Shown here: positions 1 through 13,149 of the stretch, one piece after another | Position numbering within the stretch: the stretch's first letter is position 1 | Layout of the letters: every line of letters starts with the position of its first letter | Source: Octopus vulgaris | Taxonomy: Eukaryota | Direction of reading: 5' to 3' | Length of the DNA: 64,000 nucleotides | Assembly (NCBI GenBank): GCA_951406725.2 | Contig: OX597823.1 | Coordinates: forward strand, 42,160,001 to 42,224,000 | Notes under the pieces: generated by a model | Told to the model about the DNA's origin: nothing | The model's database searches: none | What the model saw: the letters and a program-made list of their open reading frames with translations, nothing else | Translations under genes and position numbers: made by a program

Positions 1-235
1 TTCTACTTCCATCTCTTTCCTCTGCCCCCACTACAATTTTTTTTTATTAATTCTTTTTATTTTTCTCCTTCATCTTCTTTCTTACCCAAACAGTTTCTTT
101 CTTTTATTTCTGTTTCTCTTAATGAGTATTTCCTTTCAATCTTTTTTCCTCATTTAATTTACCATTGTTCCATTTCCTTCTGTTTCCATTTTAATGGTTT
201 TTAGGAATGATTCTATGGGTTTCCGGGAAATATTT

Positions 236-460
236 GGTGCAGGCATGGCTGTGTGGTTAAGAAGTTCACTTCCCCACCATCCTTGCTCAGATGTTTTCTT
301 CTTCTGCTATAACCCTGGGCCAACCAGTGCCCTGGGAATGAATTATGATCTCACTTAGCAAACAAGTGGAGGGTTGGTGACAGAAAGAGCATCTGGCCAT
401 AGAAGACACTGTCTTATTTGACTCATGCAACTGGGGAAAGTTGACATTAAAACAATGATA
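236..460 (+). mobile_element. Degenerate tRNA-derived SINE (family A head) with RTE-like 3' tail
   Basis: Head GCAGGCATGGCTGTGTGGTTAAGAAGTT resembles the 7148 family. The tail GGTTGGTGACAGAAAGAGCATCTGGCC...CTCATGCAA...GACATTAAAACAATGAT resembles the RTE 3' end at 37610-37766. Confidence 0.6.
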
Positions 461-797
461 GGGTAAAGACCCCCTTCAGTCATGAATGGTCATGAGATTG
501 CATTAGAAAGTTCCCCTCCAAGGCACAAGTCCAGGCAAGGTTGTTTATGGAAGGCAAGCAGTCGCCCATGCATACCAACCTTCCCTCTTCACACTACTGA
601 TCATTATCCAAGGGAAAGGCAAAGGCCAATACAGCTTGGCACCAGTGATATCACAACTCATTTCTACAGCTGAGTGAACTGGAGCAATGTGAGATAAAGT
701 GTCTTGCTCAAGAACACAACACAGCCTGGTCCAGGAATTGAACTCACTACCTCATGATTGTGAGCCCGATGTTCTAACTGTTGAGCCATGCACCTTC
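461..797 (-). mobile_element. tRNA-derived SINE (family D)
   Basis: The minus strand begins GGTGCATGGCTCAACAGTTAG...GAGTTCAATTCC (A/B-box-like), then GTGTTCTTGAGCAAGACACTT. The same 3' part recurs at 41972-42120, and related heads occur at ~5295 and ~25095. Confidence 0.7.
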
Positions 798-1668
798 ACG
801 TCAGATTAGTCAATGACTCGATTAATCTGGTGGCATTAAACATTTGAGAATACCTTCTAAGTCTACAACTTACCAATACACGTAGATATAAGTGAACGTA
901 AGCATATCATCTCTCCAATGATAACAGTAATAATGTTATGATTATCACAAAACACTCTTCACTGTTGTCAGCTATAACTTGTCAACTTAAGATCATCTTC
1001 ATAGGCACTTGGCCAGCTAGATATGTCAGCCAAATATCACTTAAATTTCCCTTTAATGCACCTTGTATCTTGAAGGTCGATCCAGAACATCATCATCACA
1101 TTTTTATCTCTTTCCAGTTCCACTCAGATCACATCTACTCTATTTTCTTTGCTGTGAGTAGCTGTGTAACTCTTTTACAGCAAGAAACGTGTTCTATTGT
1201 GAAGTGAAGGACCTTTTTCCTTCATTTAAACTCCTCATTCCTTAGCATAAAGCCATCTCCTTCTCTGCTGTTAAATGTGGTTTTTAGTCTTACAGGAAGT
1301 TGAACAGCAACTTCTCTAGTGCTGGTGTTACAAAAAGAAGGCATCCAGTTTATGCTGTAAACCAGATGAGATTAGGATGGTCATCTATTCATAAAAACTA
1401 AACCAAAGAAGACATTGGAGCATAATGAAGTCTTTAGACTTATATGATCTTGTCAAACTATCTCACCCATGCCATCACATCAGATGATGTTGAATGATGA
1501 TGATACAGATGTTGCTAACCATCATGTGACATTACATTTGTGTGCCTTGCTTCACACGGTGTTTTCATGTAGCTAATGTCTTGCCATTTCATTTAGCTAT
1601 TGTACTGATTTAAAGGGGTACACACTGTGCAGTTACTGTTGAGTTGTTGTTTATCCAGGGGTTTGGGT

Positions 1669-1973
1669 GTGGAGGCACATGGCCTAGTGGTTAGAGTAGC
1701 AGACTCGCGGTTGAGGTATTGCAGGTTCGAATCTCAGACTGCGCGATGTGTGTGTTTATGAGCGAAACACATAAGCTCCACGCGGCTCCGGCAGAAGGTA
1801 ATGGTGAACTTCTGCTGACTCTTTCGCCACAATTTTCTCTCACTCTTTCCTCCTGCATCTTGCAGCTCACCTGTGATGGACTGGTGACCCGTCCAGGTGG
1901 GGAACCTATATGTCAAGGAAATCAGGAAACCAGCTCTTATGAGCCAGGCGTGGCTTGAGAAGGAACAAACAAC
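1669..1973 (+). mobile_element. tRNA-derived SINE (family B)
   Basis: A box TGGCCTAGTGG and B box GGTTCGAATC. The central GATGGACTGGTGACCCGTCCAGG resembles a Nin/Deu-type SINE domain. Homologous to 3482-3803 and 7525-7686. Confidence 0.8.
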
Positions 1974-3074
1974 AGGGTCTCGGGTGCAGCGAGTGCAAGC
2001 ACACCTCCGAAAGTTTTGGATGAGTGCAATATCAAAATTTGCACCCATTTTTACTTTGCATAAAAAGGATCTGTAAAAGGTAGCTTGAAGTAAAATTTCT
2101 TCCCAAAGAACAAAGAATAAAAATAAATATATAAAAAAGATATGACCTTTGCACTTCATTTCCCCCCAAAAATTTCCTTTCAAAGTCAGTGAGTGAACCA
2201 TCAAAATGTGGGAGGCATTTTCTGTTTTATGCTGCACCTTCTAGACACTCTCTACCATTTGCATCACACTGCATATCCCCACACTCATACTAAATTTCAT
2301 TAGTTTTAATCGGATTAGACACCTATTAACAAAATAATGGAACCAAGTCAAATGTGGAATTAATAAGAGAGTCCTCAGGAAGTTATTTAAATAAAATTAG
2401 TATAACTTGTAATAATATGTGCATGTGAAATATATAATGGGATAAACTAAAGATACACAATTGAATTTTTATGAAGGAATTGTTTTTGATTAAAAATTGT
2501 GTATGATTTCTTTTCATAAAAGTCAATTTCTAATTGAATCTCAAAAAAAGTTCTTTTCTTTATCTTTTCTCTCTTTTAATGTTTATATTTTGTATTTAAT
2601 GATCTCAGAAACAATTTAAGTAAACCACATTCACTCACCATTCCCTCTCCCTCTCATGATGTATATATAGTTGTCCATGTATAAATGTATTTATGTGTAT
2701 ACATAGATATACAATAATACACATATATCTATATATATACATGTGTGTGTGTGGATATGTCTTTGTGTATAAATATATGTATACAATGTATGTATACACA
2801 CACATACACACACTTCAATTAATATTCTTTAAACAACAATGGAATTCAAAGCTTTTCCTCATAGGTTTTTTTTATATCAAAATATGTAATTAATGATTCT
2901 AATAAAACAAAAAAACAAAAACCCTTAAAGAGTAACATTTTATAAAAGTATATTGAGAGACTTAATGAATTTTCTGTGACAATTGCATTTAGCCTTACGA
3001 ATATTTATAATAGTAGAACAAGTAGGAAGATAATCAACGCATAGATACTGAACAGGATATATATATATATATAT

Positions 3075-3120
3075 ATCATCATCGTTTAACGTCCGCTTTC
3101 CATGCTAGCATGGGTTGGAC
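3075..3120 (-). mobile_element. 46-bp extreme 3' fragment of the RTE LINE tail inside a (TA)n tract
   Basis: The reverse complement GTCCAACCCATGCTAGCATGGAAAGCGGACGTTAAACGATGATGAT matches the termini at ~22154-22204 and ~37710-37766. (TA)n lies on both sides. Confidence 0.85.
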
Positions 3121-3481
3121 TATATATATATATATATATATAGTGAGAGAGAGAGAGGGGGAGGATATAGTCCTTTATATCCTTAGATTAGCAGCATAGC
3201 TAAATGTTATAGCATTCTAACTGAATATTGGAGGAATATGAGTTTGATCCTCATGGCTGGCTGCTGACAAATTTTTTTTGCTTTTAAAGAAGAAAAGGAT
3301 TTTACCCTTTATTTATATATATACTGTTTAGTATCGACGCATTGATTGAAATTAATCTTTCTACTTGTTCTGCAATAGATTTCAACACTTTGAAAACAAA
3401 CTTGTTTGTTTACATCAGACGTATTTATAATAGTAGTTGATAGTATGAAGTATGTATTTATATATGCTAATTCAATTTAAT

Positions 3482-3803
3482 GTGGAGGTGCAAAGGCCCA
3501 GTGGTTAGGGCAGCGGACCCGTGGTTTGAGGATCGTGGTTTCACTTCCCAGACCGGGCGTTGTGTGTGTTTATTGAGCAAAACCACCTAAAGCTCCACGA
3601 GGCTCCAGCAGGGGATGGTGGCGACCCCTGGTGTACTCTTTCGCCCCAACTTTCTCTCACTCTCTCTTCCTGTTTCTTGAGTAATGCTGTGATGGACAGG
3701 TGTCCCGTCCTACTGGGGGAACACATATGCCTCAGAAACTGGGAAACCGGGCCCATGAGCCTGGTTAGGCTTCAAAAGGGCACATAAATAAATAAATAAA
3801 TAA
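3482..3803 (+). mobile_element. tRNA-derived SINE (family B) with 13-bp TSD
   Basis: tRNA-like head and (TAAA)n tail, flanked by the direct repeat AATTCAATTTAAT at 3469-3481 and 3804-3816. Confidence 0.85.
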
Positions 3804-4587
3804 AATTCAATTTAATAAGTTATTAAGAAATAAAAGTCAAAATTTACATGTTGCAATCATACAGAATATGCCCTTATGGATTGCAGCATATATTACTTTT
3901 GAAATGGTTCAAAAGCCAGGAAACTGTTATAGCTAAACTACACACAGTTTCCATTTCTGATTGGCACAAATATATATTATTAAAAGATTTACACCAACCT
4001 TTTCAATCACAGTAGCAATTTTTATATATGACCATGTATATATATATGTGTGCATGCATGTATGTATGTATGTATGTATGTATGTATGTATGTATGCATC
4101 TATTTATCTCTTGACTTATTTGTCAACCAGTATATTCATCCATCTAAGTATCCATCATCATCATCATAACATCCACTTTTCCATACCTGTATGGGTCTCT
4201 CTCACAGGTAAATACACACACACGCACACACACACATTGTTATAATAAAAACAAAATGCAATCAGTATTTTAAGCTATGCTTCAGCAAACTGATTGCCAT
4301 TTTTATGCTAGGCAGTTAGCTAGATTGTGCTATACTTACACCAAAACATATTGTATACATATCACAGAGAAGGCCAAGAAAGTGAATTCTTTGTAGTGTA
4401 TTAACTAACATATTGCCTGAAAATTTGTTGGTTTGTGCCTATGTTAGAAACCATAATTATTAGCATATGAAACAATGAAATGGGAAATGAAATAAAGTTT
4501 TTTCGTAGGATGTCTTAGGTTAGTGAGATTAATATATTGTTGATGTTTAGTTTAAATGAGTGGAGAGTAGTGCTAATATGAAATCTT

Positions 4588-4591
<4 letters not shown>

Positions 4592-4660
<69 letters not shown>
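4592..4660. repeat. (GA)n microsatellite
   Basis: Direct reading. Confidence 0.95.
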
Positions 4661-4662
<2 letters not shown>

Positions 4663-5863
4663 GTAAAAGAATGTAGTTCTTTTGTAAACTACAAGATAAA
4701 ACAGTCAAGACCTGGTATGAACAATGAGGGGCATAAAGAGCAAAGACAAGGACCACACCAAGAGGAATTAAGTGGGTTTGTATCTCTGTATTATAATAGC
4801 CAGTATAAATGCTTGTTGGTTAGGTGGTTGGCTGAAAGAGAATAAAAAGAGATATACAGAGGAAGTCAACCTAGAGGTGCAGGATAAGTCTGCACTTACT
4901 AGGCTTGGTGGCAAGCATTGAGTAAAGGAATGCCAAGTACAGAGTGAGACAGAAAGTATCATACAGGCTGAGGAGAAGAGGGTGTAAAAGACAGCAATTT
5001 CAAGAAAAATTATAGAAATGAGAAATATGTTTATTTAATTTTATTTTAAGGTTATGAAAATTTTTCTTTTAAAAATTAATATCTATCCTTTCATCATTTT
5101 CTATATGCACCAAGTAATTTGATAAATGTTCAATTATATTTATTATATGTATGCCATATTTCTTGCTACCCATGGTAGCAAATATATACTTCCAAAGTTA
5201 CCTATCATATGACAGGTAGCACTCAATAAAGTCTAAGTACACATTACATTGTCTATCATGGCTATAGTGTTGTGGTAAGAAAATGTAGTGAAAGCATAGC
5301 CTTGTGATTAGGGTGTTCGACTTATGATCATAACCTCATGGATTCATTTCCTGTTCTGGCTAGTACAATGTATCTCTGAGTAAAGACACTTCCTTACATG
5401 TTGCTTCAGACTACTCATTTCTAAATGTGTACCAGTCAACAACTGGTGCAGCCTTCCCTCACTCTACATGTGACATCCTTGGTGTTTTACTGGGTGAAAG
5501 TCAAACAAGGGGTTGAATGTCTGCTTGCAACTAAATAGGCACTTAAGACTATTTAATGAAAACATGGTAGATACTACCAAGCAATATTCTTTCATGAGTG
5601 ATGACTAGATATACTTTGCTGTAACAATGAAAACGTGCAGCTTGACAATTTACCATCGTAATAAACAGTATAGTAATTATTTATATGTAAGGATTTAGTT
5701 TTCCTGTTGATAGCTTTAACATAAAACTAACTTAAACTCATATTCATAGCCAACTATTGACAAGCTGACATTTTTACTAAGATTTATAACAATTTATATG
5801 CAATCAAAATGGTTATTTTCATGCCGTTTTTTTATAAAGAGTAAGGACAATATCTGTTCACTT

Positions 5864-5900
<37 letters not shown>

Positions 5901-5911
5901 GCACATATATG

Positions 5912-6493
5912 CATACATTTATGTAATATATATACACACACACATACATAATATATGTACATATATATGTGTGTGTTTGTGTGTGTCTGTGTATATATAT
6001 ATATATATATGAATATATATATATATGTATACATGTATATGTGTGTATATATATATATGCACACACACATGTATACATATGTATATACCTACATAAACGT
6101 GTATTTTGTGTATATATGTATACATACATACACACACACACTTACCCTTAAACTCATATTTGAAGAAATGTTTATGTAATCTGTATAATTTTGCATTCAT
6201 AATTTATTTTTGATTTTCTTGTCCCAAATTAACAATATCTCTTTCTACCTACGACATTGTACTAAAAATGTGTGTAAATGTATCTGTATGTGTATCCTCA
6301 TACCTTTATTTCTTCATACATTTATGTAATATATATACACACACACAATAAAGAAAATAATATATGTACATATATATGTGTGTGTTTGTGTGTGTCTGTG
6401 TATATATATATATATATATGAATATATATATATATGTATACATGTATATGTGTGTATATATATATATGCACACACACATGTATACATATGTAT
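5912..6493 (+). repeat. Direct duplication of a ~175-bp compound TA/TG microsatellite block (5912-6084 and 6315-6493)
   Basis: Both copies share the same irregular interruptions (GTGTTTGTGTGTGTCTGTG...ATGAATATAT...GCACACACACATGTATACATATGTAT). Confidence 0.85.
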
Positions 6494-6722
6494 CAAAAAT
6501 ACTAAAGACTCAGGTTAGTTTATGTTTTGTGTGTGTAGGTGTACACATGTGTGTAGGTGTTAAACATCTTGCCAAATGCCTTCGTTTCTCACAATAAACT
6601 TGTTAGATATTGTATCTGCCTGCACACGTCAGTTTTCCATTTTCAATTCTATCTTATCTTCTTACAGCACTCACTATTGTAACTTGGTTAGTTCTTTGTT
6701 TATAAACTTCTATTTCATATAT

Positions 6723-6723
<1 letters not shown>

Positions 6724-6762
<39 letters not shown>

Positions 6763-6858
6763 CATTATTATTATTATTACGATTATTACTGTTTGTTTAT
6801 TTCCAATATCATCCTAGAAGTTAGGTTGGCAAAAAAATTATTAGCTATCAGCTTTGTT

Positions 6859-6906
<48 letters not shown>
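6724..6906. repeat. (ATT)n and (AAT)n microsatellites in opposite orientation
   Basis: (ATT)n at ~6724-6780 and (AAT)n at ~6860-6906. Confidence 0.9.
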
Positions 6907-7147
6907 TTGATGACGATGATGTTACAATGAAAAGGGTATTTCTCAGGTTTCTGATATACAGTGTCGTGACTGAATTATTGGTTTTTCTGATTTTACATAT
7001 TGTGAGGTGACAGTTTGAGACATTCAATGAGATTCACTTTGACAACAGTGGCTAATATCATAGTAGAAAATTTCAATGCATTAAAAAGGAAGAATCCTCT
7101 TCCACAACTATATTTAATGGGTTGTTAAATATATATATATATATATA

Positions 7148-7508
7148 GGCGCAGGAGTGGCTGGGTGGTAAGTAGCTTGTCTACCTGCCACATGGTTCCG
7201 GGTTCAGTCCCACTGCGTGGCATCTTGGGCAAGTGTCTTCTACTGTAGCCCCGGGCTGACCAAAGCCTTGTGAGTGGATTTGGTAGACGGAAACTGAAAG
7301 AAGCCTGTCGTATATATATATATATATGTATGTATGTATGTGTGTGTTTGTGTTTGTCCCCCTAGCATTGCTTGACAACCGATGCTGGTGTGCTTATGTC
7401 CCCGTTACTTAGCGGTTCGGCAAAAGAGACCGATAGAATAAGTACTAAAAGGCGGTGCTCCAGCATGGCCGCAGTCAAATGACTGAAACAAGTAAAAGAG
7501 TAAAAGAG
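7148..7508 (+). mobile_element. tRNA-derived SINE (family A, octopus-type), young copy
   Basis: Head GGCGCAGGAGTGGCTGGGTGGTAAG...GGTTCCGGGTTCAGTCCC, an internal (TA/TG)n tract and a (TAAAAGAG)n tail. Many homologous copies occur in the window. Confidence 0.9.
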
Positions 7509-7524
7509 TATATATATATATTGC

Positions 7525-7686
7525 GTGGAGGCGCAATGGCCGAGTGGTTAGGGCAGCGGACTTGCGGTCGGAGGATCGCGGTTTCGATTCCCAGACCGGG
7601 CGTTGTGTGTGTTTATTGAGCGAAAACACCTAAAAGCTCCACGAGGCTCCGGCAGGGGATGGTGGTGATCCCTGCTGTACTCTTTC
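7525..7686 (+). mobile_element. 3'-truncated family B SINE
   Basis: GTGGAGGCGCAATGGCCGAGTGGTTAGGGCAGCGG...GGTTTCGATTCCC. It stops at CTCTTTC, where the duplicated flank resumes. Confidence 0.85.
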
Positions 7687-7737
7687 AATGCATTGAAAAG
7701 GAAGAATCCTCTTCCACAACTATATTTAATGGGTTGT

Positions 7738-7782
<45 letters not shown>

Positions 7783-7844
7783 GTACATATATATACACAC
7801 ACACACATACATAGATATATAGATAGTTATATGAACGTATAAAC

Positions 7845-7875
<31 letters not shown>

Positions 7876-7920
7876 CCTACACACATATATACCTACAGAT
7901 ATTTAATCTGCCCTTCGTCT

Positions 7921-8072
7921 TAGTCGTAAGCAAATCGACCCGCGAACTTATTCTTTGTAAGCCCAGTACTTATTCTATCGGTCTCTTTTGCCGAACCGCT
8001 AAGTGACGGGGACCTAAACACACCAGCATCGGTTGTCAAGCAATGCTAGGGGGACAAACACAGACACACACG
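7921..8072 (-). mobile_element. Internal fragment of family A SINE
   Basis: Matches the reverse complement of the family A 3' half (compare 27420-27570). Confidence 0.8.
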
Positions 8073-8269
8073 CATATATATATATATATATACATATATA
8101 GAGGTATTTCAGTGTCATTTAAATAAGTACCAGTGAAACACTAAGGGTCAATATAACTGAGTTATGCCCTTCGTCTTAGGTGTAAAGAATTCTGAAATTT
8201 CAAATTTTTTTTCACTTATGTTTCAGATCAGCTTTGTTATTTATTGTTATTATTATTATTATTATTAAA

Positions 8270-9031
8270 TAAGGTGAAGGCAGAATCGTTAGCATTCCAG
8301 GTGAAATGCCTTGTATTTCATGTCGCTACATTCTGAATTCAAATTCTGCTGAGGTAAACTTTGCCTTTCATCCTTTCAGAGTTGGTAAATTAAGTACTAG
8401 TACTTGATTAAATAAGTACTAGTTATGCACTGGGGTCAATATAATCGACTTATTTCCCTTCCCCCAAAATTTCAGGCCTTTTGCCTACTGTAGAAAAGAT
8501 TATTATTACTATTATTAAGACAGTGAGCTTGCAGAATCATTAGCACACTGGGCAGAATGCTTAGCAGCATTTCTTCAAATTGCTGACCGTCTTAGTTCAC
8601 ATTCTGCTAAAGTCAACCTTGTCTTTTATCCTTTCAGAGTCAGTATATTAAAATATACACGTGAGATTGTTCATTTACAAAATGAAATAAAATTATGTAG
8701 AAAATAATTATTTACCTATGGGATGGAAATCAATCTCAGTGACAATGCTCTTCTTGACATATGTAATTTACCATTTACAACAGTCTTTTACAGTTCTTGC
8801 AGAAATGGTTAGCCAGGGATTATTATTGTTATCGTTATTATCATACTCATAAACATAAGGTTTTGAGCTGTCAGAATCGTTAGCATAGTGGGCAAAATGC
8901 TTAGCAGTATTTTGTCCACCTTTCATCCTTTCAGAGTTGATAAAATAAGTACCAGTTGAACACTAGGATCAATGTAACTAACTTGGCCCCTTCCTTGAAA
9001 CTGCTGGCTTTGTGCCAAAATTTGAAACTAG
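8270..9031 (+). mobile_element. Tandem cluster of three family C SINE copies (~8270-8500, ~8517-8655, ~8864-9031)
   Basis: Repeated CAGAATC(G/A)TTAGCA...AATGC head and T(C/T)ATCCTTTCAGAGT core. Antisense copies occur at ~24880-25075, ~28030-28220, ~45062-45252 and ~60680-60900. Confidence 0.75.
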
Positions 9032-9782
9032 TATTACTCATAAACATAATATGCACTATTATATCACACATTTACTGATCATCTGAAACAGGTGTAAAGA
9101 CCAGGACCAGCTTGGATTATGTAAAATGTATAAGAAAATTTTCAAATGAATGCATTCCTTACACCTATAATTGTTTGTTCAGTGTTCCCCACCCTCTCTC
9201 TCTCTCTCACGGAAACCAATGGTTATTAATCATTAGTTTTCCATTCAATACAGTTAATGTGAGCTAGGCCATTGTCACAAAGACATTTCTATGGATGTTC
9301 AGTCTTGAACACTTGTATACTTGGACAATAATTGCTCATTGGTAGAATATAAAAGATGTTCATGACAGCACAAGGTGCAACAAAAAGTTCAACTTTCACA
9401 TTTTACAGTTACCAGTCCAAAACCTGAAGATTACTGGGAAAAAATATATGGGAAGACATTGATTACATCATCATCATCATCATTTAGCATCTGTTTTCCA
9501 TGCTGGCATGGGTTGGATGTTTTGGCATGGAGCTATCCAGCCAGGGAGCTGTCCAGATTCCACTTGTGTGTTGTGGTATGGTTTTTTATGGCTGGAAGCT
9601 TTTCCTAATGTCACATGCCACCTGCATAGTGTTACATGTAAACACTATTACTAACCATCCTAACTTTGGTAGTCTGACACTAACAGTCATGTAAATATGA
9701 GAGGTTTATCTGTGGCATTCTGTAGTAGCCCCTAAAATATTTATGAAAGAATTGTTATACCAGTTCAAAACCTTGTCTATTA

Positions 9783-9991
9783 TTAACCCTTCACCATCTA
9801 AACCAACTGTATCTCGCCCAAATATTCTATATGTTTTCTGTTCAAACTGATCTGATCCAACCTCTCACACCTACCCTACTATGTCATTCTAAAGATAAAT
9901 AGTCACATCATGAAAATCTCAATGCTATGAGATAATGCATGATTAATTCCAAACAATGTATAAATAAGCAATCTGAAAGATAAAGGGTTAA
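9783..9991. mobile_element. TTAA-flanked MITE (piggyBac-like)
   Basis: Ends are TTAA|CCCTT and AAGGG|TTAA. The interior is homologous to 16756-16979. Confidence 0.75.
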
Positions 9992-10777
9992 AAACAAATT
10001 AGTGTTGTTTGATTTTTAACAAGTATATTTCTCTTTGCTATCTAAAAATATATCAATAACAGTTCTACATGTTCGTAGGAAACTGAAGACAACCTATAAA
10101 AGAACAGTTCTATCCCAGAAGAGATTCTGTGTGACATATCCTTCTCACAATTTGATGAACAAAGTTGAAACAACTTTTATACATAATAATGCTTTCCTAT
10201 GCAATCTATATACGATTGCAAGGATGCTAGAAATAGTAACCAATAGCAACATCATTATATTTTAAAAAAAGAATGACATAACTGAGATGATGTGCTCCTA
10301 GTTGCTGCTAAAATAGATGGGGTAGTCATAGCTTGGAATATTTTTGACTATTGGTCCACAATGTCAAATATTGCCCAGGGGAAAATCATAAAATAAACAT
10401 ACATTTTTATGTTGCCCAGACTGTTAGAAATAGTAGCTAGATATCCTTCAAATCAATCCTCCACATCTTAAACCTGAAATGCTGTATTCCTGCAATAGCA
10501 GGATTCAGCTGAATGTCATTTCTGCTGGATTTCTGATAGTGTGGTAATGAACAACATACATAGATAAAGAAGATGCAGCTGGTTCTGTCCATTAGTTTTC
10601 CAGCTATTGTTACTATTGGACTGTATATACAACTATTAATTCTTTTTCCTTGAGAGCTCAGGTGGAGAGTAAAGTTAGAAATAGGGGCCCAGGTCTGAGG
10701 GAGTTAAATAAGGAAGGGACATGAGAAGATGTAGCCTTCGTTATCCTTAAAACACAGTAAGGTGACATAAGCTAGAG

Positions 10778-11104
10778 GAGTGGTTCTCAACTGGGGTCTG
10801 TATGACCTCTTGGGATCCATACAGAATTTTGGGGTGTCCACCCTAGCAAAGTAGTAAATTAGGTCCACATTAGTATTTTATGGGTCCATGAAAAACAATA
10901 TGCTTTAGATATATTTATTGTAAAAGACAGGTTTCTTTCTCTGATGTTTTTATATAGTTCACTTACATAAGTGACAAGCAAAATAAGAATTTTGAAAGAA
11001 ATACCAATAAAACTTCTTTTTAAATAATGAATGGCTAAGGGCGTCCACCAGAATGAAATAGTAATCAAAGGGGTCCATAGATAAAAAATGGTTGAGAACC
11101 ACTG
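10778..11104. mobile_element. hAT (Charlie-like) MITE
   Basis: TIRs GAGTGGTTCTCAAC and GTTGAGAACCACTG. The 8-bp flanks AGCTAGAG and AGTTAGTG match at 6/8. Confidence 0.75.
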
Positions 11105-12069
11105 AGTTAGTGTATTTCCATATACATTGATCATAAATGTAAGGTAGAATGACTTTGGTAAGAACAGTTTTCGATCATAGGTTAGTTTAGCCACAGAGAT
11201 CATGAGACAAAATGTTAGTGTCAACATAATTCAATTAAAAAGTTGTTCATTTGAAAGCCATAACCACCTATCTTCACAAAGCATACAAACAGAGACATTG
11301 GTATCTCTATAAAGATAATTAAATTAAATGTTATCACTAATTAAATGAAGAACTGAATAGTTGAAACATGTTTACAAAATAAACAAAACAAAAATATCAA
11401 AAGTGACTTTAAAAGAAAGATTAAAATGTGATAACTCAGTGACTCCCAAAAGGTTTTCATATATATTAATATTATTTCATACATATGCCATTTGCTTTTC
11501 CATCTGTTTACTTTTTACTATGCTTAAATAGAAACACACACATATACAAGCACAAAAAAACATATGCACACACACACACATAATTTGTTATTAAAGACAA
11601 GATAAGCACAGTGTGTAACCATTTATTTTGAATTGCATACAATCTATAATACTTCAAGTTTCATTGTTTTATCACCCAAGCATCTGCTTTATATTTCTCT
11701 TCTGATGAAATGGTTATCTTAGAGTCACTGGAACTGTTGTAAGGATAGGAATTATTATATAAATCTACCTTGTTTTTCTTACACACACACACAGTCGATA
11801 TAGTTGTTTCACAGTGATGACTGACTTTTCACAATGTTGCACCAGCATAGATAGCATAAGTCACCATGTTCACATAAAGTAGATGTTATTGCACAATATT
11901 TTATAATCATGGTGTGCTATGGATCACATTTATTGTTGTGCACATGCCAACAGATGGAGTCACATACATGCATATATAGCATGCCCTTTGTATCTATCAT
12001 GTTTGTAAAGACTGATAGCACAATTATATTTCATATATATGTACATAAACATAAAATAGCAGCCACATT

Positions 12070-12103
<34 letters not shown>

Positions 12104-12661
12104 TGTGTGTGTCTGTGTGTGTGTGCATGCTCCCATTTAGGCAGTGTCATCATTTACATCTGCCATAAACACATGTTCAACCACAGGAAGGTTCATCAAG
12201 TAAAAGACCAGTGGCATAAATACCCTATTTGGAAACGAGGGTTGGCACCACAAACGATGTTTTGCATACAGAAAACTGCTCAATCAAGTGTCACACCAAC
12301 CCATTCAAAAACGGAGCAAAGAAAAGGAAAAAAAAAAAAGAAACAGGCACCAAAACAATGGCACTGATGATAATTTGATGCTACATGGTTAAATCTGAAC
12401 AAATCAGCTAATCTTAGCAAATGGAATGGTAGGTAACCATAAACAATGTTTCACAATCCCATACAAAGCAAAAATGTTGTGATCCAGTGTGTAAATTATT
12501 AAACTATACAAAGAGATACTTCAAACATATAATGTTATTATACTATTTACAATGTCATACTTGTGTTGTCACTGAATGTACGAAATATATATATATCAGC
12601 AGGAGATTGAGAAATCTTTTGGTACTATTTATTCACTTTTACACATGTTTATATATATACA

Positions 12662-13115
12662 TATCCTCGGTGATAATGGACTGAACTGTAATAACTTGCA
12701 CATCCTCTGATAATTCATGGATGGTAATTCAACAATTTCCCCTCACAGCTGCATGCACATCTGCAATGTTTTTCTCAGTTCTGCTGGTTGCAGCTCTCCC
12801 AGAACATTCATTAATATCAACATTTTTCTGGCCATCTTGGAAACAATTTGAACCATTCATAAACTTGAGTGCAGCTCAAACACTCCTCGCCTAACACTTT
12901 CTGCAACTTTGCATAGACCCTTGAGCAGGTATCACCATGACATCTTTCTCTGTCATGGTCAATGCAACAATTACACGCTATACACATTCATTGCAAGTGC
13001 TACTGGAAACAGCGGAAGTAAGCTAGAATGTTAAAACTTGGTGTGCATGCACGACAGAGTCCAAGATCAATCTGTGCTAAGTGACTTCACTCTGTGTGCT
13101 TTAGCTTCATTTGCA
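12662..13115 (-). pseudogene. Decayed mariner transposase, N-terminal HTH region
   Basis: Minus-strand translation with one frameshift and a stop: KVLGEECLSCTQVYEWFKLF/QDGQKNVDINECSGRAATSRTEKNIADVHAAVRGNC*ITIHELSEDV. This resembles the Mos1/SETMAR-type HTH. The upstream non-coding part matches 50685-50764. Confidence 0.8.
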
Positions 13116-13149
13116 ACTTTCTTAATTAGTTTTGGAAATTATGTCCTTT

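Noticed and set aside
5794-6597. ORFs rich in YI/HT/CV repeats (also at 41671-42078, 46374-47563 and 49332-50746)
   Set aside because: They are translations of TA/CA/TATG microsatellites, which lack stop codons.
7525-7600. tRNA gene calls for A/B-box sequences (also 1669, 3482 and 32238)
   Set aside because: The cloverleaves are incomplete and each continues into a SINE body.
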